From Mobula hypostoma (taxonomy: Eukaryota): DNA of 64,000 nt. Under the pieces are notes generated by a model that was not told the DNA's origin, made no database searches, and saw only the letters and a list, made by a program, of their open reading frames with translations. Of the stretch, positions 51,601 to 63,767 are shown one piece after another. The stretch is taken from contig NC_086109.1 in assembly GCF_963921235.1 (NCBI RefSeq), forward strand, positions 29,638,001 to 29,702,000, in the 5' to 3' direction. Both the position numbers and the translations under genes were made by a program. The number at the start of each line of letters is the position of its first letter. The first letter of the stretch is position 1.

Positions 51601-52076
51601 GGACCACTACCTTGCCATGATTTGGAGGCTTTTGCGTGCCTCAATGACCCAGAGAGCTATGTCGGCTGGAGTCAGGGCTTTTTGTTTTAGCTCATGGTAG
51701 GGTCACCCATGCCAAACAGGAAAAAGGGTAGAGGCCAGACTAAGAATGGTCTACTGGTCCTCCAGGTTCTGGGGTTCAGCTGAGGGCTAACAACCCTGAC
51801 TAGTAAAACAAAGGGGGCAATGTCGACTCAGACCATGAGAGGCCTGCGTTGGGCGTTTTTATGCCATGCAAGGCGCAGAGCTGTTGTGGAAATAACAATG
51901 AAGAATCTTTCTACATCTGTGGAATTCCTGAGTCTCCAACCGCGACTTGTGTAGTTGATAGCAGTGAAAATTAAGAGGAAGCTGCTGGCACAATGAAGGA
52001 AGCCCTGAACACTGCAAAGATGGAAGACCTTCATTGCTGCCCTAAATGGTGTAATGGGCAGTAAGTAACTAAGTAA
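51601..52076 (+). mobile_element. Non-autonomous bipartite RTE (Expander/Rex3-like) element
   Basis: RTE-type 5' UTR (ggaccactaccttgcc..gcgtgcctcaatgacc..ggtagggtcaccca..gggctaacaaccc) joined to 3' end RWKTFIAAL and (taag/taac) tail. Confidence 0.65.
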
Positions 52077-52349
52077 CTCCAGTTCTGCATTGGTGTCACT
52101 AAATATCTTTATCTTGACAGAATGAAGCTCATCAACCGGTCAAGATGGTGCCTGTGTACAATGCTCCTTCGGTCAATATCTTCTGGATAGATCATGAAAC
52201 CGTACATTTCACTTCTTTTATGTCTTTTATATTGCTTTCTATCTTGGATGAGATTCTGGAATTGTTGGAGATTTGGTGTTTAGAGATCATTTGGGTGTTC
52301 CAGTATTCTGCAATCTCTGAGAGGATTCCAGGAGACAGAGGCAGCACGC

Positions 52350-53720
52350 GCAAACTTTCTGTGGACTGGAAAATTGCAATGTCACTCCACATTTTAAGAA
52401 GGGAAGGAGGCAGAAGAATGGAAATTATAGGTCAGTTAGCCTGACTTCAGTGTTTGGGAAGATATTGGAGTCAATTATGAATCATGAGATTTCAGGGTAC
52501 TTGGAGGAACATGATGAAATAGGTCAAAATCAGCATGGTTTCCTTAAGGATAAATTTTGCCAGACAAATCTATTGGAATTCTTTGAGGATATAACAAGCT
52601 GAATAGATTTTGTTCATTTGGAATTTCAGGAGGCGTTTTACAAGGTGCTGCACATGAGACTGCTTAACAAGTTAACAGCCCATTGTATTGCTGGAAAGAT
52701 AGCATGGATAGAAGATTGACTGACTGGCAGAGGGCAAAGAGTGGGAATAAAGGGGGCCTTTTCTGGTTGGCTGCCAGTGGCTAGTAGTGTTCTACAGAGA
52801 TCAGTGTTGGGATTGCTTCTTTTCATGTTGTATGCCAATGTTTTGAATGACAAAATTAGTGGCTTTGTTGCAAAGTTTGTGGATGATACAAAAGGTGGGT
52901 GAGTGGTATGTAGTGCTGAGGAAGTAGGGAGTTTGCAGAAGGATGTGCACAGATTGAGAGAATGGGCTAAGAAGTGGCAGATGGAATAGAGTGTTGGAAT
53001 GCATATAGTCATGCATTTCAGTAGAAGGGATAAAGGCGTAGACTATTTTTGAAATGTGGAGAAAATTCAAAAATCAGAGGTGCAAAGAGATTTGGGAATC
53101 CTCAAGAAGGGTTTCCTAAAAGTTAACTTGCAGGTTGAGTCGATCGTAAGAAAGGCAAATGCAATTTTAGCATGAATTTCAAGAGGACTAGAATATAAAA
53201 GCAAGGAGTATTATGAGCAATTTTGGTCCACTTATCTAAGAAAGGATGTGCTGCCATTGGAGAGGGTCCAAGCAGGTTCACAAGAATGATTCTGGGAATG
53301 AAAAGGCTAATGTATCAGGTTTGTTTGATGGCTCTGGGCCTGTACTCCCTGGAGGTTAGAAAAATGATGGGAGATCTCATTTAAACCTATTGAATATTGA
53401 AAAATTATATTGAGTGGATGTGAAGAGGAAGTTTCCTGTAGTGGAGGGATCTAGGACTATAGTATGGCCTCAGAATAGAAAAGAGATGAGGAGGAATTTC
53501 TTTGGCCGGAGATTAGTAAATCTGTGGAATTCATTGCCACAGATGGCTGTGGAGGCCAAATCATTGGGTATCTTTAATGTAGATGTTGATATGTTCTTGA
53601 TTAGTCAGGGCTTCAAAGGTTATGGGAGAAGGCTGAATGGATTTGAGAGGGATAGTAAATCAGCCACGATAGGCCAACTGGCCTGTATATGCTACCAAAT
53701 CTTATGGTCATGGTCTTATT
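52350..53720 (+). mobile_element. Degraded CR1 LINE
   Basis: cagcatggtttcctt, aagtttgtggatgataca (KFVDDT), LVNLWNSLPQMAVEA. Confidence 0.85.
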
Positions 53721-54392
53721 CACGATAACCACACTATGTGTATGAAAACCAATCCACCTACAGCCATACAATTGCCCTGGTCCTCAGCCCAACACCATCA
53801 AGAGTGCATTTTTAAGCCAACAAGAACTCTGGCCCAGAGAATTATAGGATTATCATAGAATCCACATATATTGTGAGATTGGGAAGCTGAATCCTTGAAA
53901 ATGAAACTGATCAATTCTGCTTCTAATGATTGCTTTTTTACGTATGTTCTAAATTTGGGTGTTTAAGCATAAACGAAACACTTTTTAATCTGACTGGTTT
54001 CGATGTTGACTTCTGTCAAAGCACGTGTTCACTTACTTCAAGTCTGTTGTGGTATGCTAGGAAGGAAATTGCCTGCCTGGACAGCAGATAATGCTTCCTC
54101 CCATTTGTTTAACTTCAAAATGGAATTACATAGTTATCTACTTTTATTTTGACTTCTCTTAAGTAAAGTCATGTAAAATTGTGTATGCACTTGCTTTTCC
54201 CATTGCTGACAGTGTTATACATATTCAGGAATGCTGTAATTAGCAGCACGTGCTGATTATGCATGTGCTGAAGAAGCATATCTTACTGCACTCTGTGGCA
54301 TTGGAAAAAGATTCAACTTCATTGAATTTTGTTAGTGAACGTTGACTTGCAGACAGTGGCTGTGAAACACTGATTAGCAGTGTATAATGTAT

Positions 54393-56772
54393 AACCGACT
54401 AGAGAGCAGGCTATTCTGGACTGGGTTTTGAGCAATGAGGAAGGGTTAATTAGCGATCTTGTCGTGAGAGGCCCCTTGGGTAAGAGTGACCATAATATGG
54501 TGGAATTCTTCATTAACATGGAGAGTGACGTAGTTAATTCAGAAACAAAGGTTCTGAACTTAAAGAGGGGTAACTTTGAAGGTATGAGACATGAATTAGC
54601 TAAGATAGACTGGCAAATGACACTTCAAGGATTGACGGTGGATATGCAATGGCAGGCATTTAAAGGTTGCATGGATGAACTACAACAATTGTTCATCCCA
54701 GTTTGGCAAAAGAATAAATCAAGGAAGGTAGTGCACCCGTGGCTGACAAGAGAAATTAGGGATAGTATCAATTCCAAAGAAGTAGCATACAAATTAGCCA
54801 GAGAAAGTGGCTCACCTGAGGACTGGGAGAAATTCAGAGTTCAGCAGAGGAGGACAAAGGGCTTAATTAGGAAGGGGAAAAAAGATTATGAGAGAAAACT
54901 GGCAGAGAACATAAAAACGGACTGTAAAAGCTTTTATAGATATGTAAAAAGGAAAAGACTGATAAAGACAAATGTAGGTCCCCTGCAAACAGAAACAGGT
55001 GAATTGATTATGGGGAGCAAGGACATGGCAGACCAATTGAATAATTACTTTGGTTCTGTCTTCACTAAGGAGGACATAAATAATCTTCCAGAAATAGTAA
55101 GGGACAGAGGGTCCAGTGAGATGGAGGAACTGAGCGAAATACATGTTAGTAGGGAAGTGGTGTTAGGTAAATTGAAGGGATTGAAGGCAGATAAATCCCC
55201 AGGGCCAGATGGTCTGCATCCCAGAGTGCTTAAGGAAGTGGCCCAAGAAATAGTGGATGCATTAGTGATAATTTTTCAAAACTCGTTAGATTCTGGACTA
55301 GTTCCTGAGGATTGGAGGGTGGCTAATGTAACCCCACTTCTTAAAAAAGGAGGGAGAGAGAAACCGGGGAATTATAGGCCGGTTAGCCTAACGTCGGTGG
55401 TGGGGAAACTGCTGGAGTCAGTTATCAAGGATGTGATAACAGCACATTTGGAAAGCGGTGAAATGATCGGACAAAGTCAGCATGGATTTGTGAAAGGAAA
55501 ATCATGTCTGACGAATCTCATAGAATTTTTTGAGGATGTAACTAGTAGAGTGGATAGGGGAGAACCAGTGGATGTGGTATATTTGGATTTTCAAAAGGCT
55601 TTTGACAAGGTCCCACATAGGAGATTAGTGTGCAAACTTAAAGCACACGGTATTGGGGGTAAGGTATTGGTGTGGGTGGAGAATTGGTTAGCAGACAGGA
55701 AGCAAAGAGTGGGAATAAACGGAACCTTTTCAGAATGGCAGGCGGTGACTAGTGGGGTACCGCAAGGCTCAGTGCTGGGACCCCAGTTGTTTACAATATA
55801 TATTAATGACTTGGATGAGGGAATTAAATGCAGCATCTCCAAGTTTGCGGATGACACGAAGCTGGGTGGCAGTGTTAGCAGTGAGGAGGATGCTAAGAGG
55901 ATGCAGGGTGACTTGGATAGGTTGGGTGAGTGGGCAAACTCATGGCAGATGCAATTTAATGTGGATAAATGTGAAGTTATCCACTTTGGTGGCAAAAATA
56001 GGAAAACAGATTATTATCTGAATGGTGGCCGATTAGGAAAAGGGGAGGTGCAACGAGACCTGGGTGTCATTATACACCAGTCATTGAAAGTGGGCATGCA
56101 GGTACAGCAGGCGGTGAAAAAGGCGAACGGTATGCTGGCATTTATAGCGAGAGGATTCGAGTACAGGAGCAGGGAGGTACTACTGCAGTCGTACAAGGCC
56201 TTGGTGAGACCACACCTGGAGTATTGTGTGCAGTTTTGGTCCCCTAATCTGAGGAAAGACATCTTTGCCATAGAGGGAGTACAAAGAAGGTTCACCAGAT
56301 TGATTCCTGGGATGGCAGGTCTTTCATATGAAGAAAGACTGGATGAACTGGGCTTGTACTCGTTGGAATTTAGAAGATTGAGGGGGGATCTGATTGAAAC
56401 GTATAAGATCCTAAAGGGATTGGACAGGCTAGATGCAGGAAGATTGTTCCCGATGTTGGGGAGGTCTAGAACGAGGGGTCACAGTTTGAGGATAGAGGGG
56501 AAGCCTTTTAGGACCGAGGTTAGGAAAAACTTCTTCACACAGAGAGTGGTGAATCTGTGGAATTCTCTGCCACAGCAAACTGTTGAGGCCAGTTCATTAG
56601 CTATGTTTAAAAGGAAGTTAGATATGGCCCTTGTGGCTACAGGGGTCAGGGGGTATGGAGGGAAGGCTGGGTTCTGAGTTGGATGATCAGCCATGATCAT
56701 AATAAATGGCGGTGCAGGCTCGAAGGGCCGAATGGCCTACTCCTGCACCTATTTTCTATGTTTCTATGTTTC
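54393..56772 (+). mobile_element. Young 5'-truncated CR1 LINE with 8-bp TSD
   Basis: tataatgt at 54383-54390 and 56773-56780; (ttctatgt)n tail. Confidence 0.95.
54428..56677 (+). CDS. CR1 ORF2 reverse transcriptase, uninterrupted but lacking most of the endonuclease
   Basis: 749-aa open frame with [34 protein letters not shown]; no native start. Confidence 0.85.
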   Translation: MSNEEGLISDLVVRGPLGKSDHNMVEFFINMESDVVNSETKVLNLKRGNFEGMRHELAKIDWQMTLQGLTVDMQWQAFKGCMDELQQLFIPVWQKNKSRKVVHPWLTREIRDSINSKEVAYKLARESGSPEDWEKFRVQQRRTKGLIRKGKKDYERKLAENIKTDCKSFYRYVKRKRLIKTNVGPLQTETGELIMGSKDMADQLNNYFGSVFTKEDINNLPEIVRDRGSSEMEELSEIHVSREVVLGKLKGLKADKSPGPDGLHPRVLKEVAQEIVDALVIIFQNSLDSGLVPEDWRVANVTPLLKKGGREKPGNYRPVSLTSVVGKLLESVIKDVITAHLESGEMIGQSQHGFVKGKSCLTNLIEFFEDVTSRVDRGEPVDVVYLDFQKAFDKVPHRRLVCKLKAHGIGGKVLVWVENWLADRKQRVGINGTFSEWQAVTSGVPQGSVLGPQLFTIYINDLDEGIKCSISKFADDTKLGGSVSSEEDAKRMQGDLDRLGEWANSWQMQFNVDKCEVIHFGGKNRKTDYYLNGGRLGKGEVQRDLGVIIHQSLKVGMQVQQAVKKANGMLAFIARGFEYRSREVLLQSYKALVRPHLEYCVQFWSPNLRKDIFAIEGVQRRFTRLIPGMAGLSYEERLDELGLYSLEFRRLRGDLIETYKILKGLDRLDAGRLFPMLGRSRTRGHSLRIEGKPFRTEVRKNFFTQRVVNLWNSLPQQTVEASSLAMFKRKLDMALVATGVRGYGGKAGF

Positions 56773-57984
56773 TATAATGTTCAGAGTTGGCATGAAGGTC
56801 CCAACAGCAAGCCCATTGGTATGCCTTTTTCAATCACCACAATCTTTGGGATTAATTGGTTCACATTTGTGTTTAGTTTAGTATACACTCTCGCACACTG
56901 GACATAGATGCAGATTATAGGGCTTGGACCCATTGCGGTGATTGAAAGTTTGCAGCTCACTGCATAATTTTGAGGGTAGTATTTCCCAGCAATTTCTGGC
57001 TTATTTTCTAAGAATGTTTGACCAAATAAAACCCAGTTAATATTGGGATCATGGAAGACAGACAAGAATTTCAACACCTTCTGAGTCCCTGTTCCAAATC
57101 ATGCATTGCTTTAGGCTTAATTTGAACTTCCTTGTCAGTATTACATTATATCTGTAATTCTAGGATGATTTCTTGCCTTTCTATTCCATTTGATGCTAAT
57201 ATCTTTAAGTCAGATCTGCTTGCTTCAGTAAGTAGTTTCACAATGAGCCTGATATGCTGATGTAGACTTAGAAAGATCACATGTTTGGGATCAGTCAAAC
57301 TCTCTTACAGATCTCTGGCAAGTAGCCAGTCAAGCAAGAGCCCACAATATTTCTAATCGTGGTTCATCAGCTCTCTGAAAATGAATTTATCTTTTTCTAC
57401 AATAGATTTTAATTTTTGACCTTTACTAATTTGGGGAAAAATTGGACTCCCCATTCCTTTGTGAGATATATCATATATTACCAACTCTCAGTATATTTGA
57501 AAAGTACAGCAGTAATAATTGGTTAAAAACTACTGACTACAGAGCTGAAAATGAACTAGGAAATTGCAACCAATTTGTTCTCCATATTCACATCAGGTGC
57601 CAAATACTATGGCCTCATTTATCAGCTAAACAAGAGTCATCATCACCAGATATTGTGTGCCTCAGCATCTTCCAATACATAGTCCATTAGTTACTGTGAA
57701 ACCATTTACTGGAAAGAGTGTGAAAGATGACACATGTTGAACAATTCTGCAGAACACGCCTTTGCAATGAAGAACTTGAAAATATCTGATTTTGAATTAT
57801 ACAGTTTTCTTTCCTACTAAAAAGCTAGAGTGATTAATACTGTGCTTTTCATGTCACTTTCAGAATGGCCTAACTCTGAACAGTTGACAGTTTGATCCCT
57901 TCAGAGTCCCACTGCAATAGTAAAACAGATCTTTTTTTTGTGAGACATTGGCCAAGGAATAAATGATGCAATAATGCCCTGTTC

Positions 57985-58272
57985 TTCTCACAGTGGTTAG
58001 TTCTGCCACCTCAGCTTCGGAGCTGTAGGTTCGTTCCTGGTCTCGGATACAATCTGTGGGGAATTTGCACATCTGAGTGGTGAACTTGTGGAATTCATTG
58101 CCACAGGTGGCTGTGGAGGGCAAATCACTGAGTATAGTTATGACAGAGGTAGATTCTTGATTAGTCAGTGCATGAAGGAATACGGGGAGGAAGCAGGAGA
58201 TTGGGGCTGAAAGACAGAATGGATCAGCCTTGATGAAATGGCAGAGCAGACTCAATGAGCCAAATAGCCTAA
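57985..58272 (+). mobile_element. SINE tRNA-like head abutting a CR1 3' end
   Basis: cagtggttag..taggttcgttcctgg head, then gtggtgaacttgtggaattcattgccacag..gagccaaatagcctaa. Confidence 0.55.
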
Positions 58273-58451
58273 ACAAAAAAAACTGCAGGTTCTGGAAATC
58301 TGAAATAATAATTCTGGAGGTAGAGAGCACACAAAGAGCTCTGGCACAGAGAGAAATAGAATTAACTTTTCAGGTAGATAACAACCACTACCAACTACAC
58401 AACCCAAGTTTTACCTCTGCTTTCATTAAAGATCGTCAGCATACATTGGAG

Positions 58452-58640
58452 CAACGCGCACAAAATGCCAAAGGAACTCAACAGGTCAGGCAGCATCCAT
58501 GGAGAAGAATAAATAGTCTATGCTTCAAGACACCACCCTTCATCGGCACTGGAAAGGAACAGGGAAGAAGCCAGAATAAAAAGTTGGGGAAGGTATTCAA
58601 TCTGGCAGGTAATAGGTGAAACCAGCTGAGGGGGAAGGAA
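58452..58640 (-). mobile_element. Degraded PLE terminal repeat
   Basis: cacaaaatgccaaaggaactcaacaggtcaggcagcatccatgg..cccttcatc. Confidence 0.7.
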
Positions 58641-59606
58641 GCATAGTTTGGAGGTGGACATCAGTAGAACACTACATTCTGTAAGGTCTTTTAATAATTG
58701 GAATTATTTTCAAACTGTGTATTTTGATTTTATTTTTCATTGGTGACACTTCAATATAATATTTTAATACTTTCAGGTGCAAATGAAAGAACAAGAACAC
58801 AAAGATCAAATAATTGTCAAAGTTGTAAAAAAAATCAGCTGCAGTTTTTTTTAGAATTTCCCTTAAATTAACAAGCACTGTGCAGATCTCAGCATTTTAA
58901 TGAAGTGCTAGGTTTGGATTTTCCTTTTGGAGCAGATCCTTTCAGCACTGAATGTGCTTTGCTGCTTTCTGAATGCACAACCACACACTTCGTCACAGCA
59001 TTTGCCAAACTCACATAAAGCAACTTTCCAGTATTGGGTATAATAAACAGAAAAAATGTGCAAAGATTGCTCTTGTAATAATTCCAATGTACTCAATTAC
59101 AACATCAACTAAAACTGTCTTCCTCCAGCATTTTCCTGAACAATTACTGCTCTGAGTTTTCTTCAACATTCTGATGCAATTGTTGAACACTACACTATTT
59201 TCCAAATGGCTAGAAGGATGATCATGGAATATGAATTTAACTCTTTCTTTTATTTAACTTCTTTGTTTATTTATTGCTACTCAAAGTTCTGATTTTAATC
59301 CTGATCTGCAAGGTACATTGTGCAGAACATTTCAGAGTATGTAGTGTTTGATATAATACTCTAAAGACAGGGGAAGTATGGATGAACTTTTGGATTTCTG
59401 ACGATTTTAAAGAAGTTCAATTTAGTTCTGTTGAGGAAATTCTGAAATAACCCAGGTCCACGTTCCCGTTTATTGTGAGATCTTTAGAAGCTATAGAGAC
59501 AAACTGTGAGTTACTACTGGAATTTTGATCACCTCCTTGAGAGATGGTCCCTGCTGTTTCCCCCTTCCATCATTTTTGATTTTTCATTTTGACTATAGTA
59601 AAAACC

Positions 59607-60650
59607 CAAGAGGCAGAAGAATGGTGGACAGCTTCCACACACAAAATGCTGGAGGAAGTCAGCAGGCCAAGCAGCATCTATGGATAAAAGTACAGTCGAT
59701 GTTTCGGGCCGAACTGATCCTGCTGAAGGATCTTGGCCTGAAACGTCGACTGTACTCTTTTCCATAGATGCTGCCTGGCCTGCTGAGTTCCTCCAGCATT
59801 TTGTGTGTGCTGCTTGGATTTCCAGCATCTGCAGATTTTCTCTTGTTTGTGGACAACTTTGTTGAGTGGTGTGGGCTAAATCACCTGCCGCTCAACATCC
59901 CTAAGCAAAGGAGTTGATAGTGGACTTTAAGAAGGTGGAAACACCCTGCATTCCCACCTCCATCAAGGGAACAGATGTGGAAGTCGTGTGGGACTAGAAA
60001 CACCTGGGAGCTCACCTGGACAATAAACTGAACTGGACTAAAAATACCGAGGCTCCATACAAAAAGGGACAGAGCCAACTGTACTTCCTGAGGAGGCTCC
60101 GGTCATTCAAAGTCTGCAGTACTCTGCTGCAGGTGTTCTATGACTCAGTGGTGGCCAGCGTTCCATTCTACGCTGTAGTCTGCCGGGGCAGCAGGATGAG
60201 AGCAGCTGATGCCAGGAAGATCGATAAGTTCATCAGGAAGGCTGATTCTGTTTTGGGGGTGGAACTGGATTCCAGAGTGATGTGTCTGAGAGGAGGATGC
60301 TGCAGAAGCTACAGAGCATTATGGACAATCCCTCTGCCCCCTCCATGACATACTGGACAAACAGAGGAGCACCTTTAGTAAGAGACCGATTCCACCGAGG
60401 TGCTCCACTGAACACCACAGGAGATCCTTTCTCCCCATGGCTAGAAGGTTCTACAACTCCTCTTCCTTAAGTGTATATGTATATGGTTTCATTGCACATC
60501 TGTATTTTGCACTATTACTTTTTAATGCCCATTTTGTATTTTTCACGTACCTCAATGCTTACATTTTGTATTTTAAAGTATAAATTTCTGACTGAGCAAC
60601 TTTGCAACAATTATTTCCCTCAGGATAAATGAAGTTTTATCTTATCTTAT
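59607..60650 (+). mobile_element. Rex1/Babar-like LINE 3' fragment (interrupted by the PLE unit)
   Basis: VDNFVEWCGLNHL.LN, LYFLRRLRSF, FYDSVVAS..YAVVC; (ttatc)n tail. Confidence 0.85.
59635..59848. mobile_element. Fold-back PLE terminal-repeat unit
   Basis: Inverted arms joined at the hammerhead region; flanking repeat gtggaca(g/a)ctt at 59624-59634 and 59849-59859. Confidence 0.85.
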
Positions 60651-61129
60651 CTTCTGAAACATCTGCATCTGGCTCACCAGTGGAGCTGTCAGTCCTGCCC
60701 TCAACACAATGGGGCCCAGGTTGTCCAAACTCTCTTGAAACCCATCTGGTACTGTTTCCCGTGCTCTCCTGAACCTCACCAGGTCCCCATTTCCATGTTG
60801 CGTAGAAAATTCCCAAGATTTGTTTTCCACACTCCCTTTCAAAGTGGATGTTAATCTGAATAAGACTAGTCTGAAACTGCAAAAGTTAATCAAAAACCGT
60901 AGCCAACTAGACCAAATAAGCATGAAGCCAAAAAACCTAACATTCTAAATTGAAACCATAGATTGCTTTGCAACTAAAGTTATTAAAGCTGTATAAATAA
61001 ATTCTGTGATCTTCTCCACTTGCTTCATGACATTAAACACATGAAACTTAGAAAGGAGATTTGTCAGTCTTTTTAGGTCCTAAATATTCGTATAAAACAG
61101 GTTAACCCAAATTAGATAACACTGGTGGG

Positions 61130-61445
61130 GTGGCAGCATAGGATGGCAGTTAGCATAATGATATTTCACCACTAGTAATCAGAGTTCAATTCTGTTGCTG
61201 TCTGTAAGGAGTTTGTACGTTCTATCTGTGACCGCGTAGGTTTCCTCTGGGTGCTCCAGTTTATTCCCACATTCCAAAGATGTACGCCTTAATATGAGTA
61301 AGTTGTGGCCATGCCATGTTGGTGCCAGACACAAGGAAACACTTGTGGGATGCCCAGTACAATCCTCGCTGGTTTGACTTCATGCAAATGATGCATTTCA
61401 CTGTATGTTTCAATGTTTCGATGTTCATGTTACCATGCTGTATCT
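61130..61445 (+). mobile_element. tRNA-derived V-SINE
   Basis: gagttcaattc B-box-like; gtaggtttcctctgggtgctccagtttattcccacattccaaaga. Confidence 0.75.
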
Positions 61446-62486
61446 TTAAATAATAATCAAAAAATCAAAAAAAAAAGCACTGTAAAATAGTGTCTTTTGA
61501 GAAACTGGTCCATGAACTTCTATTTTCATTACACCTCAGTGTGTGTGACGTTTATCCATCATCAGTCATTCACCTGAAGTTATGCACAGTACTTTTCTAC
61601 CCTTACTGTCATGAACTTGAATTTCAAGTGCAGCTTTTATTTAACAGTCACTAAAAACCTAGAAGCGCATTGCACTGAGATGACCAATGAGATGGCAATT
61701 AAAGGGTCTACATCCTGACATTGGTGCCTTTCACACAACATCTGTCAATTTCAATTTCCAGAGCCAGGCAATCTGGCATCTCATCAGGGTTTGTCTCATC
61801 TCTAATTACAATTGTTTCAGTGCAGTGCAGATCAAAGCCTGATGATGTGATTCTTGCCTCTTTGATCATCCCATTTCTTGCAGTGGCATGGAGCCATTCC
61901 AGCTTGGAAATCATTCAGAAAAGGCATTTCTGTAGGACCTTATAATAATCACCCCTTGTAATAACGATCAGTGAGGCACAGAGAATCTGTGTTTACTGAC
62001 AAGTGACTTCTATTGTCTCAACTAAAAAGCACGTAGGTTCACAGACTAACTACCTGTGTGCACCCCTCTGGAATCCCTGACCCTCCATGGACAGTCAATG
62101 AAGTGAAAACTATTACCCTGGAAAGGAGTCTCTGCTGGTCAGGCATTCCTCATCGTCCCGATCTTCACACGTCCGTGGGGTCCTCCTTATCTATGATGCT
62201 TGGTCTCTGAATGCTGGAGAGCTTTTGCCCCTGTGTATTTAGAGCTCCTGACTCTTATATCGTTCCTCACTAATTGAACTGGTGGATCTCCAACCCATCG
62301 GCTTGAGGTCACCTGACCTACCTGGGCCACCTTCTCACTGGTTCATGTACAGGGGTACAGCCAACATTGTTAAATGGTTCTGTCCACCCCAGCCTTGTGT
62401 ATTTGTGTCTTTCAACTCTGACTGCTCCAAACCAGCTAAATGAGGCAACCCAGACGAAGTCTAATGAGATTACACACAGCTACTCA

Positions 62487-62718
62487 TCTGAGAATGGTCT
62501 CAGGTTTAGCAGGCCATTACCTGAAATTCCTTGTGTCCACATTGAATTGCTCTGATTAGATTGTCCCGGAGCAAGAATCAGTTCAGAATCCACACTCTTT
62601 ACATAACAAGTAGCTAATGTCTGAGAACAGTCTCGGGTTTAGCAGGTCACTACCTGAAGCTTCTTGTGTCCACATTCAATTGCTCTGGTTAGGTTATCCC
62701 GGAGCAAGGTTCAATTCA
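62487..62718 (+). repeat. Diverged tandem duplication (~133-bp period), second unit interrupted by the Harbinger element
   Basis: tctgagaatggtctcaggtttagcaggcc.. (62487) vs tctgagaacagtctcgggtttagcaggtc.. (62620). Confidence 0.85.
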
Positions 62719-63767
62719 GGCTACGTCCACACTACGCCGGATAATTTTGAAAACAAAGCCTTTTCTCTTCGTTTTGATTCTCCGTCCACACTAAAGCGGC
62801 GTTTTCATCCCCCGAAAACGGAGATTTTCAGAAACGGTCTCCGGAGTGAATAAATCTGAAAACGCCTAATATTTGTTGTAGTGTGTACAGGGTAAACGGA
62901 GAGATTTTAAAACGAAGTCATGACAACACCACAACAACAATGCTTTTTCTGCTTCTGCTTGGTACTGTGCAAGCACTGCCGTGCGGCTGTTATAAAACAC
63001 AGTCGGTGTGAGCGGCATGAGAGTTAAATTTTAAAGTGAGCTTTTTTGACTATTTAAAAATGCTGTCATGACATGCCGGAACAGATGGCCGCAGCGCGGC
63101 ATTTCGTTGTTTTCTTGAACCCAACCCCCCACATAACCGAACAACTTCAGAACAGACGGCAACGAGACTGAAGCCAGAAGAGTTAGAAATGTACTCACCA
63201 AATACTTTGACCCATAGCTTACTGAATAAATAAGTATACTCACTTTGCCCTGTTTTCTGTCCTTGCTTGTATGAAGGTGGTTTATCTATTTATGCAAGTA
63301 CTTCTCTGACAATAGATGTGTAACAGCCTAATGTAACATTGTATGGAAATACAAGATAACACTGATGCAGACGTGTTTTATACATTTAATAAGGTGCTTT
63401 ATTAATGCAACAGAGTTTGTCAGTTTTTCAATGTTCGTCGTCAGCCGGGTCATACTGTCCGTGAACTCCTTGTCGGTTGCCTCCATATGCTCCAGTATTT
63501 GTTTTTTTTTAGCTTTAAGTCCTCCTGCGCAAAAGCCAAGAGCAATTCCTTTGAAGTTTTTCTACTCTGTAACTGGGCAAACACGCACTAAGTATACCGT
63601 TTCCTCTTCGCTTGTTTTCTGTGTGTCCTGCGCGTGCCCAGGAGATTCGCCCAAATATCCGTGTTAGTGTAGACAGAGATATTTTGAAAAACGTTTAGTG
63701 TGTACGCCTGTCGTTTTTACTTGAAACCAGCATTTTCAAAATTATCCAGCGTAGTAAGGACGTAGCC
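62719..63767. mobile_element. Non-autonomous PIF/Harbinger-type DNA transposon
   Basis: ~35-bp TIRs ggctacgtccacactacgccggataattttgaaaa / ttttcaaaattatccagcgtagtaaggacgtagcc; 3-bp TSD tca (62716-62718, 63768-63770); subterminal gtccacacta-like repeats. Confidence 0.88.

Noticed and set aside
54241..54275. tagcagcacgt resembles the start of miR-16
   Set aside because: Match ends after 11 nt (continues gctgatt, not aaatattgg) and no pre-miRNA hairpin is evident; it is just a cagcacgtgctg palindrome.
58765..58860. Possible exon after ctttcag (VQMKEQEHKDQIIVKVV)
   Set aside because: No good donor site, early stop, no recognisable protein.
61708..61945. Overlapping short ORFs on both strands
   Set aside because: No splice signals or known domain; LEIIQKR hints at a decayed LINE but too weak to call.
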